In this document: positions 30,551-33,398 of the stretch, piece by piece
Layout: each line of letters opens with the position of its first letter
Numbering within the stretch: position 1 is the first letter of the stretch
DNA from: a virus
Virus genome (UHGV): UHGV-0115916
Strand: one strand, 5' to 3'
Length of the DNA: 33,398 nt
Notes under the pieces: generated by a model
What the model was told of the DNA's origin: nothing
Database searches by the model: none
What the model saw: the letters and a program-made list of their open reading frames with translations, nothing else
Program-made: the position numbers and the translations under genes

Positions 30551-30772
30551 TTATTGATTTTCGATTAGTAGTTTGAAAGTTGGAAAATTCATCCTTTCAA
30601 ATAGTTCTGTATGTAGTTTACGTGTTGTGTGGTAATACTTCATATCTTTATAGAAATCAGAATGGATTACCGTATTACAGTACGTTTTACCATTTGGTTT
30701 AGATACATCTGCAATTAGTACATTGTCGGTATCGGTACGTACATTGTTAAAATGGAATTCGCCAAAGTTCAT
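30551..30772 (-). CDS. Hypothetical small protein (possible toxin-like partner of the RHH protein)
   Basis: 73 aa; start codon overlaps the stop of the upstream RHH gene (TAATG); no motif recognised. Confidence 0.45.
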   Translation of the reverse strand: MNFGEFHFNNVRTDTDNVLIADVSKPNGKTYCNTVIHSDFYKDMKYYHTTRKLHTELFERMNFPTFKLLIENQ

Positions 30773-30927
30773 TACTTCTTTCCTCCTAAGATTACTTGTT
30801 GATTGAGTAGATATTGTAAAGCGGTACTCATTGATTTTGCTTTCCCTTCATCAATGATACTTTGTAGTACATTGTGTTGATGTTCGTTTAGACGTGCTGA
30901 TACTTTGTATTCTTTATTTTCTTTCAT
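30772..30927 (-). CDS. Ribbon-helix-helix (Arc/CopG-like) DNA-binding protein (51 aa; not in the ORF track)
   Basis: Hand-translated MKENKEYKVSARLNEHQHNVLQSIIDEGKAKSMSTALQYLLNQQVILGGKK; beta-strand-like KVSARL followed by two helices; AAAGGAAAA RBS before ATG 30927. Confidence 0.5.
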   Translation of the reverse strand: MKENKEYKVSARLNEHQHNVLQSIIDEGKAKSMSTALQYLLNQQVILGGKK

Positions 30928-30974
30928 TGATTTTCCTTTTGTCTGCAAATCCTTAAAAATTTCATGTAAAAATC

Positions 30975-30994
30975 ACCCCGTAGGGATACGGGGT
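30975..30994 (-). terminator. Hairpin upstream of the RHH gene (possible terminator of upstream minus-strand transcription)
   Basis: 8-bp stem ACCCCGTA (30975-30982) / TACGGGGT (30987-30994) with GGGA loop; followed on the minus strand by a GAUUUUUA tract. Confidence 0.35.
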
Positions 30995-31125
30995 AATAAC
31001 AAAATCTAAGGAGGAGGGATTTTAATATTCACACTTATTTATGAGATGAGAGCGGTCGCCCCCTTCATATACTATTATTATATCACATTTTGCCCATTTC
31101 GTCCCAGAAATCGACAAAATCAATT

Positions 31126-31290
31126 TTAAGTGGCTGATTTATATGTATTTATTACAGAAGTCGCGATTATCGCCATAATGCATAAGAAGAGATATACTAA
31201 AAATGCAATGTATAGATAAACTATCCACCCGGTGATCATAAACACCATACCTACCACTAATACAAAAGCACTGACTAACCAATCTAACAT
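31126..31290 (-). CDS. Small hydrophobic membrane protein (54 aa; not in the ORF track)
   Basis: Hand-translated MLDWLVSAFVLVVGMVFMITGWIVYLYIAFLVYLFLCIMAIIATSVINTYKSAT; AAGGGGA RBS before ATG 31290; two predicted helices. Confidence 0.3.
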   Translation of the reverse strand: MLDWLVSAFVLVVGMVFMITGWIVYLYIAFLVYLFLCIMAIIATSVINTYKSAT

Positions 31291-31334
31291 AGTTTCCCCT
31301 TATAATTATTATGTACAATTATTTATCAATAAGA

Positions 31335-31375
31335 CGAAAAAAAGCCCCGTAATGCGACATCAATCGATACGGGGC
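31335..31375 (-). terminator. Intrinsic terminator downstream of the integrase gene
   Basis: 8-bp stem GCCCCGTA (31344-31351) / TACGGGGC (31368-31375); on the minus strand the stem is followed by UUUUUUU (complement of 31337-31343). Confidence 0.55.
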
Positions 31376-31449
31376 ATAACAACTACTACTATATTATTTT
31401 TTGTTTACGGTATTTCTAATCTACTTTCTAGGCCAAAATAAATGCCCGT

Positions 31450-33348
31450 CTAGATCTGGTCTATCCGATAACGCTCTATGAACTCTTTACGTGTTAAACC
31501 AGTCGATTCTAATGCAGTGGCTATATCCTTTGGAACTCGACCATTCAAGGCAATACTATATGTATTGCCTTCATACACAATGTCTACTCGATCATACTTT
31601 CCGGTATTAGGCCAGAATGAAGCCCCACTTATTTCACTATAACCAACCACTTCTAACATCTCATTAGCAGTATTGAACAGATCTAAATAACTTTGTTCAA
31701 TTTTATCAAGTTGTTCCACTGCTTTATTAAATAATGGCAGATTGCTAGTGGTAAGAAATCCTTCATCTCTGATACTTACATTATCAACAGAAGAAAATTC
31801 AACTTTAAACGCCCAATGTGGTTTTCTATCAGTTCCACCAAAAACTAACCATTCATCTTTAAAATGATACTTTATTTTTATCGTTATACACCCATCAGTT
31901 TTATCAACTATAACACTTTCAATAATAGAACTAATTACTTTCCTTATTTTATTTCTATCCGTATCCTGCATATTTGTAAAAACCGCCCACTGAATAAGAA
32001 TCATAAATTCATTTATATCGACTTCTAGAGATCCTTTACCTTTCAGTGAATATAAGCGTTCTTTTAACTTATCAACTTCCAGAACAGTCTTTTTACGTTC
32101 CATATCAAACGCATTTAGTTGAACTGCTAACGCACTAACATTAGGAGCAATTGCTATTGCTTGAGCCATGTTTGTTATGCGAGATTCCAGATCAGTTATC
32201 AACGTTTCTTTTCTACTGAGGTCTTCTTCTATCACAGTTGTGTCAATACCATCTTTTAGTCTCTTATTCATGTAACCGATCAGTAGTGAAATGATCGTAC
32301 AGTGTTCAACTAATTGTGCTGATATAGACCAGCCAGAACAGTTTTTTTGTAAGTGAACCCCATTAGTACAAATATAGCGAGCACTGCCATGATTCATGAA
32401 AGAATGCATAGTTCCTCCACACTTGCTACACCGTAACACCTGCAACCCTGATAACAATTTAATTTCTTCTACTTTGTCTTTCTTAGCCTTGAAGTTGTTT
32501 TGCTGCTTACGTTCAGCCAAGGTTAAATACTCTGCTTCATCTTTGCATAACCATGGATAGTAGTTATCAAGTTTGTAAGTAGCACCACCAGCATTGATAG
32601 TCCTTTCACCAATCAACGCCCGATTATCACGCATCTTTTTCAATACCTGATAATCCCATTCTTTACCCTTTAAACCATTAGGATATTTTTTATCGAGATG
32701 ACGCTTTACTGTATAGATGCCATTCCCATCTAAAAACATGTCTATAGCTTCGCGAGCGATACTCCAGTAAACGGGATGTTCTTTTACTGCTTCATATTGC
32801 GAACCTGAATCATCTATCCAAAATGGATGGCGACCAACTGACTTAATGTTTACTGGCAACCCTGCTTTATGACGTTCGACCAAGGCAACAACATTGCCTA
32901 TGGTCCTGTTAGATTTCGTTTCTGATTCTTCATTGCCACGGATAAACATCAGAATAGAAATCATCAGATCAGTAGGGTTTTGTCTGATGGATTCTCTGTT
33001 ATAGACCTTCCGATCCATTCCTGTGACAATCGTTAGCCCTAAACCAATCAATTCAAGGAATAAACGAAGTGCTTCATCCACCTGATCGCGTGATAGTCGG
33101 TCGAGGTTTTCACAGTAAAGCCAAGAGTCAGACGGTATAGCATTATTTTTTACGGCGTCTATGAAGTCACCCAACTTACCCGCCCTATTTTTTCCCCTGT
33201 AAGCACTCGTGCCAGGTTCCAAAATTTCAACCATTTCAAGCCCCGCTTCTTCAGCATAGGCTTTCGCTGCCGCTACCTGCCTGTTCTTGGTTGTTCCTTT
33301 TTCTTGGCGATCACTTGACCACCTGATATAGCTATAAAGTTGCGGCAT
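31450..33348 (-). CDS. Large serine recombinase (phage integrase)
   Basis: 632 aa; N-terminal resolvase-type catalytic domain (YIRWSSDRQ with the serine nucleophile; ...RLSRD...), recombinase domain, Cys-rich zinc-ribbon segment (CSKCGG...C...C) and long C-terminal coiled-coil-like region. Confidence 0.85.
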   Translation of the reverse strand: MPQLYSYIRWSSDRQEKGTTKNRQVAAAKAYAEEAGLEMVEILEPGTSAYRGKNRAGKLGDFIDAVKNNAIPSDSWLYCENLDRLSRDQVDEALRLFLELIGLGLTIVTGMDRKVYNRESIRQNPTDLMISILMFIRGNEESETKSNRTIGNVVALVERHKAGLPVNIKSVGRHPFWIDDSGSQYEAVKEHPVYWSIAREAIDMFLDGNGIYTVKRHLDKKYPNGLKGKEWDYQVLKKMRDNRALIGERTINAGGATYKLDNYYPWLCKDEAEYLTLAERKQQNNFKAKKDKVEEIKLLSGLQVLRCSKCGGTMHSFMNHGSARYICTNGVHLQKNCSGWSISAQLVEHCTIISLLIGYMNKRLKDGIDTTVIEEDLSRKETLITDLESRITNMAQAIAIAPNVSALAVQLNAFDMERKKTVLEVDKLKERLYSLKGKGSLEVDINEFMILIQWAVFTNMQDTDRNKIRKVISSIIESVIVDKTDGCITIKIKYHFKDEWLVFGGTDRKPHWAFKVEFSSVDNVSIRDEGFLTTSNLPLFNKAVEQLDKIEQSYLDLFNTANEMLEVVGYSEISGASFWPNTGKYDRVDIVYEGNTYSIALNGRVPKDIATALESTGLTRKEFIERYRIDQI

Positions 33349-33398
33349 CTATATAATCCCCGGCATTGTGAGCAACTGATTGTACAAAAAAATGTCTA

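Noticed and set aside
31232-31441. Plus-strand 69-aa ORF
   Set aside because: Runs through the integrase terminator hairpin and overlaps the better-supported minus-strand 54-aa ORF; no RBS.

Overview
This window reads as about 33 kb of a temperate siphovirus-like phage or prophage, with almost all genes on the minus strand. From right to left the late region runs: Nu1-like small terminase and lambda gpA-like large terminase (21.4-23.8 kb), lambda-type portal, an HK97-type prohead protease fused to the major capsid protein, two small neck proteins, a 1008-aa fibre whose N-terminus is a tail-tube paralogue, the major tail protein, tail chaperones G/GT with a -1 frameshift site, tape measure, minor tail proteins and a 1100-aa J-like central fibre, then a GH24 endolysin on the plus strand and a gamma-class N6-adenine methyltransferase at the left edge. 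Between the terminase genes and a large serine recombinase at the right edge (31.45-33.35 kb) lies a markedly AT-rich accessory region (about 24.0-31.3 kb). It carries a single-HKD phospholipase-D-family nuclease with an acidic partner gene, an HNH nuclease co-transcribed with an exported protein, a two-gene membrane module with a paralogue at 1.1-1.8 kb, a 26-bp inverted repeat between divergent operons, a 467-bp repeat-dense non-coding region, an HNH/NUMOD4 homing-endonuclease-like gene and a ribbon-helix-helix gene overlapping a small ORF. The nuclease and membrane modules are the best candidates for an undescribed phage-borne exclusion or defence function, but that rests on motifs and gene context only. 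No rRNA, tRNA or CRISPR array was recognised. All calls come from reading the sequence and ORF translations by eye; no database search or computation was run, and several start codons were reassigned from the ORF track on RBS or hairpin evidence.
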